From: Rhodobiaceae bacterium
GTDB lineage: Bacteria; Pseudomonadota; Alphaproteobacteria; Rhizobiales; Aestuariivirgaceae
DNA length: 64,000 nucleotides
Direction of reading: 5' to 3'
Assembly (NCBI GenBank): GCA_009885825.1
Contig: VFJY01000046.1
Location: forward strand, 13,409 to 77,408
Shown here: positions 30,277 to 38,962 of the stretch, piece after piece
How the letters are laid out: the number at the start of each line of letters is the position of its first letter
Numbering within the stretch: the first letter of the stretch is position 1
Translations under genes and position numbers: made by a program
The notes under the pieces: generated by a model
What the model was told of the DNA's origin: nothing
Databases searched by the model: none
What the model saw: the letters and a program-made list of their open reading frames with translations, nothing else

Positions 30277-30834
30277 TCAGGTTAAGTTCGGATAAATACA
30301 GCGGGCAAAGAGCCGGGTCAGTCGGGGCATCAAAAGGTAGGTCATCAGAAAAACCTCGAGCGTGATGGTTATGAGCAAGCGCAGCGGATATGGCCATGCA
30401 TCGAGGATTTGGTCGACTGACCAACCGATCATGAGCACGAGGATGAAAACAACAGCTATCAAGAGCAACGACATCCGAAACGGAGAGGGCTGTGGCACTT
30501 TCGTGTGGGCCGGTGGTGAAAACCAGAATTCCAGGCCTGTCATCCGTTCCCATTGGGCGTCGGCCTCAACAAAGAGGGCAACTTCAGCAAGATAGCGTTG
30601 GCACAATCCGGATCTTTCGAATGCTTCGAAATTGGCAAGGTTGTCAAAACGGAAAACGCTTACATATTCGCGGCGCCCGGCGGTTGCGGGTCGATGAAAT
30701 TCGGCACCAAGATATCCTGCCAGAGATTTTGCATCATTCGTGAGGCGGTTAAGCCAGTCCTCATACTTCGATTCAAAACCCGCCTTCACGCTGCGCCGGA
30801 CAACGACGGTGACGGGTTCAGAGGCGGCTTTCAT
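30277..30834 (-). CDS. ABM (antibiotic biosynthesis monooxygenase)-like domain with C-terminal TM hairpin
   Basis: VTVVVRRSVKAG..YEDW, GYLG, TGLEFWF, then two hydrophobic helices ending LMPRLTR; ATG 30834. Confidence 0.8.
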   Translation of the reverse strand: MKAASEPVTVVVRRSVKAGFESKYEDWLNRLTNDAKSLAGYLGAEFHRPATAGRREYVSVFRFDNLANFEAFERSGLCQRYLAEVALFVEADAQWERMTGLEFWFSPPAHTKVPQPSPFRMSLLLIAVVFILVLMIGWSVDQILDAWPYPLRLLITITLEVFLMTYLLMPRLTRLFARCIYPNLT

Positions 30835-30903
30835 ATTTTTCTCCTCAAGTCTCCAGACAAGTGATATGAGGTTTTGTGATATTAATTCTACTGAATATGA
30901 TTC

Positions 30904-31839
30904 ATGAGTGATATTGATTTCGTTCAATTAAGGCGCCTGGATATGATGATGCTCATGGTCTTTTCCCAAACCATGCGGCACCGGAAATTGACGCTGGTGG
31001 CGAAACAACTGGGGCTTACCCAGTCCGCTATCAGCCACAGTCTCGCGCGGCTTCGAGATGTGTTTGAGGATCCGCTGTTTCTGAGGCGGCCCCATGGTCT
31101 GGAGCCGACAGCCCGCGCCATCCAACTCGACCCCCAGATCGAAGCCATACTTTCCCTCACTCAATTATCATTGAAGGATTTGGCGCGTTTCGACCCGGCG
31201 ACCGTCCGACGGCGCTTTAGGATTGGCGCACTTGATTATGCCGCTTCAATATTTGGGGCACCGCTCTGCCGTTTGTTCCAGCAATCCGCGCCCGGCATCG
31301 ATCTTGCCATCCGCGCCGCCGCCCGAACGGAAGCTCTTGATCTTCTCAATGGTGGAGACGTCGACATCATCCTCGGTTTCGTGCCGGGGCTTCCGGCAAG
31401 CTACCCTGTTGCCGAACTCTATCGGGAAAACTATGCCGTGGTCGCGCGAAGCAATCATCCGTCGTTTGATGGTTCAATGCAGGCCTATGTGGAGAACCGG
31501 CACCTGCTGGTTTCGATACCCGGAGATGCGCTTGGGATTGTTGATCAGGTCCTTGAGAAAAAGGGGCTTGAGCGCAAAGTTGCCGCCGTATTTCCCCTCT
31601 TTATGCCGGGTCTGGCAACTGTCGCGGAAACCGATCTGATTGCCACGATTCCGCGCCGGCTTGCCGAACAGAATGCCATCCGTTTCAATCTCAAAGTATT
31701 TGAGCCACCCATGGAAATTAGGCCTTTCCCTGTGCAGGCGATTTGGCATCGTCGAAATGCGAAGGACCCTGGGGTGATTTGGCTATTGGATGAAATACAA
31801 AAAATGGCTGATGCCCAAGCGTCCGCAGATGGTGGTTAA
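30904..31839 (+). CDS. LysR-family transcriptional regulator
   Basis: N-terminal HTH AKQLGLTQSAISHSLARLR..FEDPLF.R; divergent from the ABM-PfpI pair. Confidence 0.95.
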   Translation: MSDIDFVQLRRLDMMMLMVFSQTMRHRKLTLVAKQLGLTQSAISHSLARLRDVFEDPLFLRRPHGLEPTARAIQLDPQIEAILSLTQLSLKDLARFDPATVRRRFRIGALDYAASIFGAPLCRLFQQSAPGIDLAIRAAARTEALDLLNGGDVDIILGFVPGLPASYPVAELYRENYAVVARSNHPSFDGSMQAYVENRHLLVSIPGDALGIVDQVLEKKGLERKVAAVFPLFMPGLATVAETDLIATIPRRLAEQNAIRFNLKVFEPPMEIRPFPVQAIWHRRNAKDPGVIWLLDEIQKMADAQASADGG

Positions 31840-31881
31840 TCGCGTCTTATCAATGCTTCAATCTCAGGAACGCCCGAACAT

Positions 31882-32988
31882 TCAAATATCCAGGTCGACA
31901 TAAATGGCGCCATGGTCGGAGGCGGCCTCCACTTCCCTGGTGAGGGTCTCGTAGACCTCCCATTTCCTGGGCCTGACGCCCGGCCACATGCCTTGGCGGA
32001 AGACGCCGCCGCCGGTGACCCTGTCATGCAGCCCCGGCGAAAGCAGAATGTAGTCGATCTTGTTGCTGGCGGTGCTTCCGCCATAGGTTCCCGGAAATCC
32101 CCCATCGTCAAAATTTGAGAATGTGGATGCGTCTTTCAATTCGGTCGAAAGCAGGGGCTCCAGTGGCGCGCTGGCTGGCGTGTCATTGAGATCGCCGACG
32201 ATGGCCACATGCGCCTCACCCCGGCCACGAAGCTCCGCATAGATTTCGGCAACACGCGTGGCCTGGGCTTTGCGCTTGGCGTTTGAGGCGCGCTGGTCAC
32301 CCACCTTGCTCTTGAAGTGATTGACCAGCAGCCACAATCTGCTTCCGGTCGGCGTTGTGATCGCAAATTCCGGACAGTCGCGCGAGAAGACAGGTTCGCC
32401 GTCGGGCTTCAACTCATCGACATGCGAACGGATGTCGCCAATCGGAAATCCCTCTCGCGTCATCAAGCCAACATCGATGCCACGCTCGTCATTGCCGTCG
32501 ATCAGCATGACATGGCGATAGGGCGCGCCGCCTTCGCCCTTGAGCAGGGTTTCATTGAAGCGTTTGAGGGCGACGCGGTTTTCCGCTTCGATGGCGGCGA
32601 AAATGTCAGCGTTAACGTCGCGCACCACATCGGCCGTATGCAGCAAGGCGCGTTCGTTCACGGCTTCGGTGCGAAGCTCAATCCAGCCAAGCCAGTCGGC
32701 GCGCCCATTGGCGATAATCTCCAAGCCGCCGCTCCGTGGCCGCCTGACGAAACGGCCGCGATTTTGCCGCAAAGTGACATATTTTCCGCTGTCGGAATTT
32801 ACCAGGTCCAGCGTCTCGAGCAGCTTCAGCATCCGGGCCTTGTCGCTTGCCGCATAGGCGGGTTTGTCAATCAGCCCATTCAATTCGCTGAATTGATCGA
32901 GCACAGGGTTGCTGCCCTCGTCCATCTCGCCGTTGAGGGCGCGGGCGCGGTTGAACAGGTTTTCGACGTTGTAGGAGGCAATCCGCAT
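31882..32988 (-). CDS. Endonuclease/exonuclease/phosphatase family protein
   Basis: IASYNVENLF, NHFKSK, GDLND, IDYIL, SDH motifs; ATG 32988. Confidence 0.92.
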   Translation of the reverse strand: MRIASYNVENLFNRARALNGEMDEGSNPVLDQFSELNGLIDKPAYAASDKARMLKLLETLDLVNSDSGKYVTLRQNRGRFVRRPRSGGLEIIANGRADWLGWIELRTEAVNERALLHTADVVRDVNADIFAAIEAENRVALKRFNETLLKGEGGAPYRHVMLIDGNDERGIDVGLMTREGFPIGDIRSHVDELKPDGEPVFSRDCPEFAITTPTGSRLWLLVNHFKSKVGDQRASNAKRKAQATRVAEIYAELRGRGEAHVAIVGDLNDTPASAPLEPLLSTELKDASTFSNFDDGGFPGTYGGSTASNKIDYILLSPGLHDRVTGGGVFRQGMWPGVRPRKWEVYETLTREVEAASDHGAIYVDLDI

Positions 32989-33143
32989 GGTCACTCTGCG
33001 CCTCGCGTTAAGAACTATGACATTCTCCGAATTCTTTGACGAAATAATGACTACCGGCTTCTTGGGAAGCAATTTCGGGCCATCTTCCGGGTGCGTCGCT
33101 TTTGGGCTATTCGCCGTTTTTGAACACTGGCATAACGTTGGCC

Positions 33144-33446
33144 ATGGCTAACCTCATCATCACCTATTGGCGCGATATTCCTTCGCAAGTTGCGGTAAAA
33201 CTCGGCCGCAAGGAAGAAAAACGCATGCTGGACAACCGCTTCATGGAAGCCATCGACATGGCCGCCATGCGGGGCGGCGCCACCGATACGGATGCCTACC
33301 TCGCCGACTGGCGGCGCGCCGATCCGATCCCGGTGGGCGATGATCTCACAGCCGAAGTGGAAAAAGCCAAGGCCGAGCTCGAATCGACCTATGATCAGGA
33401 ACGGATCAAAACCCTCATTGCCAATGGAGGCAAGCTCTCGTCATGA
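33144..33446 (+). CDS. Small conserved protein ('Virulence factor' PF13769-like) found with corrinoid methyltransferase genes
   Basis: YWRDIPSQV...RFMEAIDMAAMR...DAYLADWRR signature; ATGA overlap with MeTr. Confidence 0.8.
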   Translation: MANLIITYWRDIPSQVAVKLGRKEEKRMLDNRFMEAIDMAAMRGGATDTDAYLADWRRADPIPVGDDLTAEVEKAKAELESTYDQERIKTLIANGGKLSS

Positions 33447-34399
33447 CCCACACTCTCGTCGCCTCGGCCACCCGCAGCCATATCATCGGCTTTGACCGCC
33501 CCTTCACGGTGATCGGCGAGCGCATCAACCCCACGGGCCGCAAGAAACTGGCCGCCGAAATGCAGGCCGGAAACTTTGAAACCGTGATCCGGGATGCGCT
33601 GGCGCAGATGGCCGCTGGCGCTCACATTCTCGATGTGAATGCCGGTGTGACCGCCGTCAACCCTAACGAAACCGAGCCGCCGCTGATGCGCCAGACCCTG
33701 GAAATCGTGCAGTCGCTGGTTGACCTGCCGCTCTGCATCGACTCGTCGGTGACCTCCGCCCTGAAAGCGGGCCTCGAAACCGCCAAAGGGCGGCCGCTGG
33801 TGAATTCGGTGACTGGTGAGGAAGAAAAGCTCGAAGCCATCCTGCCGCTCATTGCAAAATACAATGTGCCCGTCGTCGCCATCTCCAATGACGAGACGGG
33901 CATTTCCGAAGACCCGGACGTGCGCTTTGCGGTGGCGAAAAAGATTGTGGAGCGGGCCGCCGATTTCGGCATCAAGCCGGAAGACATTGTGGTCGATCCG
34001 CTGGTGATGCCCATCGGCGCCATGGGCACGGCGGGCCAGCAGGTGTTCCGCCTGGTGCGCCGCCTGCGTGAAGAGTTGAAAGTGAACACCACCTGCGGGG
34101 CATCGAATGTCTCCTTCGGCATGCCGAACCGCCGGGCGCTGACCGGATATTTCCTCGCCATGGCCGCTAGCCACGGCATGACATCAGCCATCATGAATCC
34201 GTTGCATGATGAAGACATGCACGCCATCTATGGTGCCAACGTGCTGAACGGCACCGACGCCCATTGTAAATTCTGGACCAACCGTTTCCGCGAAATGACC
34301 GCAGCGCCATCGAAAGCCGCGCAGGCAGCGGGCGAGATTTCATCCAATGAAGAGATTGAAGCACGGCGCGCGGCAAGAGAGGCAAGGCGGAGGAGATAG
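33443..34399 (+). CDS. Methyltetrahydrofolate:corrinoid methyltransferase (stand-alone pterin-binding MetH module)
   Basis: IGERINPTGRK, LDVNAG, CIDSS, NSV, DPL, GASNVSFG. Confidence 0.93.
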   Translation: MTHTLVASATRSHIIGFDRPFTVIGERINPTGRKKLAAEMQAGNFETVIRDALAQMAAGAHILDVNAGVTAVNPNETEPPLMRQTLEIVQSLVDLPLCIDSSVTSALKAGLETAKGRPLVNSVTGEEEKLEAILPLIAKYNVPVVAISNDETGISEDPDVRFAVAKKIVERAADFGIKPEDIVVDPLVMPIGAMGTAGQQVFRLVRRLREELKVNTTCGASNVSFGMPNRRALTGYFLAMAASHGMTSAIMNPLHDEDMHAIYGANVLNGTDAHCKFWTNRFREMTAAPSKAAQAAGEISSNEEIEARRAAREARRRR

Positions 34400-34402
34400 G
34401 AA

Positions 34403-34448
34403 GCGAATAGCAGTTTTCCCATTCGCAATTCGCCATTCGCCATTCGCT
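34403..34448. repeat. Heptamer (CATTCGC) tandem repeat with one inverted GCGAATAG unit
   Basis: GCGAATAG-N9-CATTCGC AATTCGC CATTCGC CATTCGC between MeTr and RACo. Confidence 0.7.
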
Positions 34449-34456
34449 AATAGATC

Positions 34457-36487
34457 ATGACCGATAAATCCGACGCCCTCATCGTCTTCACGCCCTCCGG
34501 CAAGCGGGGCCGGTTTCCGCTCGGCACGCCGGTGCTGCAAGCCGCACGCACCCTTGGCGTGGATATCGACAGCGTTTGCGGGGGCCGCGCCATTTGCGGG
34601 CGGTGCCAGATCAATGTGGGCGAAGGCGAGTTTGCCAAGCATGGCATAACGTCGGCGGTCGATCACTTAAGTGCGTTCTCAAAAGTCGAAGAGCGCTACG
34701 ACAAGCTGCGGGGCCTTGCCTCAGGCCGCCGTCTCTCCTGCCAGACACAACTGCTCGCCGATGTCGTGATCGACGTGCCACCCGAATCCCAGGTGCACAA
34801 ACAGGTGGTGCGCAAAGCCGCCGAAGTGCGCGATATTGAAATGGACCCCGCCACCCGTCTCTTCTACATCGAAGTGGAAGAGCCCGACATGCACAAGCCC
34901 TCGTCGGATTTGGAGCGCGTGTTCAAGGCGCTCGCCGAGCAATGGCAGGTCGATCACCTCACCTGCAATCTCGCCATCATCGCGCTGCTGCAAGCCACGC
35001 TCAAAAAGGGCCAGTGGAAAATCACCTGTGCCATTAACTCGCGCTCCACATCGGGTGCGACGGAACTCGTCGCCATCTGGCCCGGCTTCCATGACAAGGT
35101 TTTCGGCCTCGCGGTGGACGTGGGCTCCACCACGGTTGCCGCCCACCTCACCAATCTCGCGAGCGGCGAAGTCGCCGCATCGGCTGGCCTGATGAACCCG
35201 CAAATCCGCTTCGGCGAAGATTTGATGAGCCGGGTTTCCTACGTGATGATGAATCCCGGCGGCGAAAAAGAAATGACCGCCGTTATCCGCGAGGCATTGA
35301 ATACGCTGGCGCAGCAGGTGGCGACGCAAGCGCAGATTGACCTCAGCGACATTCTGGAAATCGTGCTCGTCGGCAATCCCGTCATGCACCACCTGTTCCT
35401 TGGCATTGATCCTACGGAGCTTGGCGGCGCACCCTTCGCGCTGGCCACGGGGCTTGCCATCACCTGCCCCGCCCGCGAGCTGGATTTGAAATTGAACCCC
35501 GGTGCGCAATGCTACGTGCTGCCCTGCATCGCGGGCCATGTGGGGGCGGATGCGGCAGGCGTGGTGCTTTCCGAAGCGCCGCAGGATTCGGACGAAATCA
35601 TTCTCGCGGTTGATGTGGGCACCAATGCCGAAATCATTCTGGGTTCCAAAGCCCGCCTGCTCGCCTGCTCGTCGCCCACCGGCCCCGCCTTTGAAGGCGC
35701 GCAGATTTCCTGCGGCCAGCGCGCCGCACCGGGCGCTATCGAGCGCATCCGCATCGACCCCGTAACTTTGGAGCCACGCTTCCGCGTCATCGGAAGTGAT
35801 CTGTGGTCGGACGATCCGGGCTTTGACGCGGCGGTGGCGGGAACCGGCGTCACCGGCATTTGCGGTTCCGGCATCATCGAAGTGATCGCGGAGATGTATC
35901 TGGCCGGCATCATCAATCAGGATGGCCAGGTGGACGGCGGCATGTCCGCCATTAGCCCCCGCGTCCGCGCCAACGGCCGCACGTTCACCTATGTGGTGCG
36001 CGACGGCGAACCGCTGATCTCCATCACCCAAAACGACGTCCGCGCCATCCAGCTGGCCAAGGCAGCTTTGTATGCGGGCGTGCGCCTGCTGATGGACAAG
36101 CTCGGCTTGGACCACGTTGATAAAATCAGACTGGCCGGCGCCTTCGGCACCCACATCGATGTTAAGTATGCGATGATCCTGGGGTTGATCCCCGACGCGC
36201 CGTTGGAACACGTCTCCTCAGCGGGCAACGCCGCAGGCACGGGCGCTAGGATTGCCCTGCTCAATAAAGCCGCGCGGGATGAAATCGAGGCGGTCGTTCG
36301 CCGAATAGAAAAGATTGAAACGGCGGTGGAGCCAAAATTCCAGCAGCATTTCGTGGAGGCGATGGCGATACCTCACAAGACAGCAGTGTTCGAGAATTTG
36401 ATGAAGGTTGTGACCCTGCCGCCCATCAAGGAAATCTCGACGCTGGATGATGGCGGCGGGGAGAGACGGAAGAGAAGAAGGGGGTAG
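34457..36487 (+). CDS. RACo/ASKHA reductive activator of corrinoid proteins with N-terminal 2Fe-2S domain
   Basis: CGGRAICGRC...RLSCQ ferredoxin motif, DVGSTT, DVGTNAE, GPAFEG, GICGSG, LAGAFG. Confidence 0.94.
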   Translation: MTDKSDALIVFTPSGKRGRFPLGTPVLQAARTLGVDIDSVCGGRAICGRCQINVGEGEFAKHGITSAVDHLSAFSKVEERYDKLRGLASGRRLSCQTQLLADVVIDVPPESQVHKQVVRKAAEVRDIEMDPATRLFYIEVEEPDMHKPSSDLERVFKALAEQWQVDHLTCNLAIIALLQATLKKGQWKITCAINSRSTSGATELVAIWPGFHDKVFGLAVDVGSTTVAAHLTNLASGEVAASAGLMNPQIRFGEDLMSRVSYVMMNPGGEKEMTAVIREALNTLAQQVATQAQIDLSDILEIVLVGNPVMHHLFLGIDPTELGGAPFALATGLAITCPARELDLKLNPGAQCYVLPCIAGHVGADAAGVVLSEAPQDSDEIILAVDVGTNAEIILGSKARLLACSSPTGPAFEGAQISCGQRAAPGAIERIRIDPVTLEPRFRVIGSDLWSDDPGFDAAVAGTGVTGICGSGIIEVIAEMYLAGIINQDGQVDGGMSAISPRVRANGRTFTYVVRDGEPLISITQNDVRAIQLAKAALYAGVRLLMDKLGLDHVDKIRLAGAFGTHIDVKYAMILGLIPDAPLEHVSSAGNAAGTGARIALLNKAARDEIEAVVRRIEKIETAVEPKFQQHFVEAMAIPHKTAVFENLMKVVTLPPIKEISTLDDGGGERRKRRRG

Positions 36488-36491
36488 AAGA

Positions 36492-37007
36492 TTGGTCAGT
36501 CGTTCCAAGTATAACGAGAACAACCTCATTCCTGTACTTCGCAAAGCGGCCAAATTCAGGAATGAATTAATAAAAGCGGGCTTTACCGACAACGGCGGTG
36601 CGATTCACAGTGCCGAACGTATTCTTGATATATTAAGTTGCCGAATAAAATACCTAGGGCTCACGCACATAAACAATGTCAAGAACCATACCGCTGCAGA
36701 ATTTTCAAAGGCTGCAATGGAATCGCTTGATCGAGGAGAGCGTGTTTTCATAGAGCATGTTGCCCCTCTACGTGCTCTCACAAGGGCAATAATTTCTGCA
36801 ATTGATGCCGGAAAGAGCGACCGACAACTGATAAACTTTATCAAGAAACATTATCGATTGGTTTTACTGACCGCAGAAGAAACGAAGCGGTTGAACAAAA
36901 TAAATCGTTCTGAAATACATGACGACCGGTTGGGTCAGGCCAAAATCATCATGGTCCGATCAAGAAAAAGATCTCTCAAGAATCCCCAAAATGAGGAGTT
37001 GCGGTAA
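36492..37007 (+). CDS. Hypothetical low-GC protein with EH..P...L motif (possible His-Me/HNH-like fold)
   Basis: Open frame with about 44% GC by hand count of six lines; IEHVAPL...RLVLLTAEETKRLN; TTG start inferred. Confidence 0.6.
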   Translation: MVSRSKYNENNLIPVLRKAAKFRNELIKAGFTDNGGAIHSAERILDILSCRIKYLGLTHINNVKNHTAAEFSKAAMESLDRGERVFIEHVAPLRALTRAIISAIDAGKSDRQLINFIKKHYRLVLLTAEETKRLNKINRSEIHDDRLGQAKIIMVRSRKRSLKNPQNEELR

Positions 37008-37023
37008 CTGCACTTATTTTCAT

Positions 37024-37127
37024 TCTCACCCTGAGGTGCCTTGGTGAAGCCAAGGCCTCGAAGGGTTGCTTGACGTCTCAGGATGCTTCGAGGCTCGCGC
37101 TGGCGCGTGAGCACCTCAGCATGAGAG
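37024..37127. repeat. ~100-bp palindromic repeat (family A), copy 2
   Basis: Homologous, in inverse orientation, to 3236-3336. Confidence 0.8.
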
Positions 37128-37137
37128 AAGAAAGAGT

Positions 37138-37296
37138 CCCTCATCCGCCCTGTCGGGCACCTTCTCCCATGCAAAGGGGCACGGGAGAAGGCGATGAAGT
37201 TTGAAATTCTTTTAGATGCGATGCAGGTCTTTGTGATTATCGCCTTCGCCTGTTTGCGCAGCAAATGGGAGAAGGTGCCCGAAGGGCGGATGAGGG
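37138..37296. repeat. Inverted pair of REP-like elements (family B) around an AT-rich spacer
   Basis: CCCTCATCCGCCCT(G)TCGGGCACCTTCTCCCAT at 37138-37170 and its near-exact reverse complement ending at 37296. Confidence 0.85.
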
Positions 37297-37310
37297 TTCT
37301 TGCTTCGCTG

Positions 37311-37790
37311 TTACAAGCTCACCCGCACCATCAGCATCAACGGATCAAGCGGCGACTCCACAAAGCCAGACCGCTTGTAAAATTCCGCCGCCTCTTCGTC
37401 CTTCGCATGGACCAGCAGCGCGCGGATTCCAGCAACCTTCGCCACCTCCTGTGTGCGTTCCAGCGCGTGGAGCAGCAGCATGGGACCTACACCGCGTTTC
37501 TGAAACCCCAAGTCCACCGCCAGTCTGCCCAGCACCAAAACCGGAATGGGTTCCGGCATGTTGCGGCGGATTTTTCCGGGAGTGGCGGCGTGCTGGATGG
37601 AACCGGCGGCGAGGCAGTAATAGGCGGCAATGTGTTTGCCGCTCATGGCCACATAGGTGCGGGATGCGCCGGAGAGGTGGTTGAGAAGGGCGCGGCGTTT
37701 CAGCCACGTGTTCAGGACGTCGACACCACAATCGAAGGCCAGCGTTTCATCGCCGGCCTGCAGCAGCCGCGGCGCTGCTATTTCTTCCAC
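37311..37790 (-). CDS. tacT: GNAT acetyltransferase toxin, TacT/AtaT family
   Basis: FDCGVDVLNTWL, PEPIPVLVLGRLAVD..QKRGVG, VHAKDEEAAEFY. Confidence 0.92.
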   Translation of the reverse strand: MEEIAAPRLLQAGDETLAFDCGVDVLNTWLKRRALLNHLSGASRTYVAMSGKHIAAYYCLAAGSIQHAATPGKIRRNMPEPIPVLVLGRLAVDLGFQKRGVGPMLLLHALERTQEVAKVAGIRALLVHAKDEEAAEFYKRSGFVESPLDPLMLMVRVSL

Positions 37791-38044
37791 GGGCTGGGCC
37801 GCCTTTTCAGTTTCCTGATCACGTCCGTTGACCTGGGTGCGGCCTTCAACGCCTTCTCAAACTTCTTGAACTCCGCAGACCCCAAAACGAAGAGATTGCG
37901 GTCGAGCAAAGCATCAGCCGCTGCCGCCCGCGCGCTATCCAGCAAAAATTCCGTGCGGGTTTTGTGGGTGGCTTCGGCGGCGCGGTCAATCAACATGCGG
38001 TCTTTCGCCGATATGCGGAGGCTCAGGGCAGATGAGGCGGTCAT
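37778..38044 (-). CDS. tacA: DUF1778 ribbon-helix-helix antitoxin, TacA/AtaR family
   Basis: LSLRI...IDRAA...RTEFLLDSA..AA..ALLD...PSPW; overlaps the toxin start. Confidence 0.92.
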   Translation of the reverse strand: MTASSALSLRISAKDRMLIDRAAEATHKTRTEFLLDSARAAAADALLDRNLFVLGSAEFKKFEKALKAAPRSTDVIRKLKRRPSPWKK

Positions 38045-38068
38045 GACGGGAATCCTTGTGTATATGCG

Positions 38069-38080
38069 ATGTATATACAT
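38069..38080. promoter_or_regulatory. Perfect 12-bp palindrome ATGTATATACAT, candidate TA autorepression operator
   Basis: 25 nt upstream of the antitoxin ATG; related half-site TGTATAT at 38059-38065. Confidence 0.55.
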
Positions 38081-38110
38081 TATTTCCTCGCCTTGTAAAG
38101 ACGCCACCCC

Positions 38111-38755
38111 TCAAACCGTGAAATCCCCCACCTCGCGCAGCAGTTTTCCGGTCATGGCCTCCTTGAAGGACTGCATGTTCGCCGCTGGCATCAGGAAGGC
38201 TCCGGGGCCGCCGATGACCTGGGTGCGGTAGTAAGACATAAGAATGCTGGAGCCGCTGAGGATCGGCAGGCCATTAATGGTGATGCCGCGCGCTACGGCC
38301 GCGTCTCTTGCCAATCCCGCGTCACCACCGTCATTGTCTTCGCCATCGCCCGAGACGTCGATCACGCGGCGGCTGGCCAGAACGGGCAAAGTTTCCAACA
38401 ACGCGATGCTGAAGGTGATGGCCGCCGCAAGCCCGGTTCCGCCGGGCAGCCATTCCCGTTTGGCCTTTTCGGTTTCTTGCGCGAAAGCCTCAAGCTCGGC
38501 GCGCTCGCCCACCACGCGCCATTCAACTGTCACCTCCTGGCTTTGCCAGCTCGACCACTGCAGCAACGTCACAGCGATGCGGCGGAAATTTCCCGCCGCG
38601 ATGGCGTCAAGCAGCGGCGGATTGCGGAGCGCCGCCGCGATGCCGTCCATCTGCATGCGGAAATCGCCCTCGTCCACGCTGCTTGAGCAGTCCACGGCCA
38701 GCACCAAAGCGAGATCGACGGCCACCGCAGATGGCATTTGCGCTCCAATCGGCAT
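38111..38755 (-). CDS. DUF1194 (vWA-like) protein
   Basis: LVLAVDCSSSVD MIDAS-like motif, IDVSGDG, GITINGLPI, VIGGPGAF. Confidence 0.9.
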   Translation of the reverse strand: MPIGAQMPSAVAVDLALVLAVDCSSSVDEGDFRMQMDGIAAALRNPPLLDAIAAGNFRRIAVTLLQWSSWQSQEVTVEWRVVGERAELEAFAQETEKAKREWLPGGTGLAAAITFSIALLETLPVLASRRVIDVSGDGEDNDGGDAGLARDAAVARGITINGLPILSGSSILMSYYRTQVIGGPGAFLMPAANMQSFKEAMTGKLLREVGDFTV

Positions 38756-38962
38756 TTCCCTGTAGGCCCAGGCGGCGAAGGCTAAGCGAAAGCGGGCCCC
38801 CTTGCAAGCTCACCCGGTGTTGCACCATGGCAATAGCCGATTGGATTTAAGCGATGCGGCTCTTTCAAGCTGCCTTGCGCTCAACGGACGGAACTTGCAA
38901 TTTTGGAGAATAGCCGTTTATAGCCCAATCACCGCGCGGTGTCAAGGACTATTTTCCTCTTC

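Noticed and set aside
34721-36211. 496-aa minus-strand ORF
   Set aside because: Antisense shadow of GC-rich RACo; no recognisable domain.
37194-38231. 345-aa plus-strand ORF across the TA pair
   Set aside because: Starts within REP repeats and is antisense to two well-supported genes.
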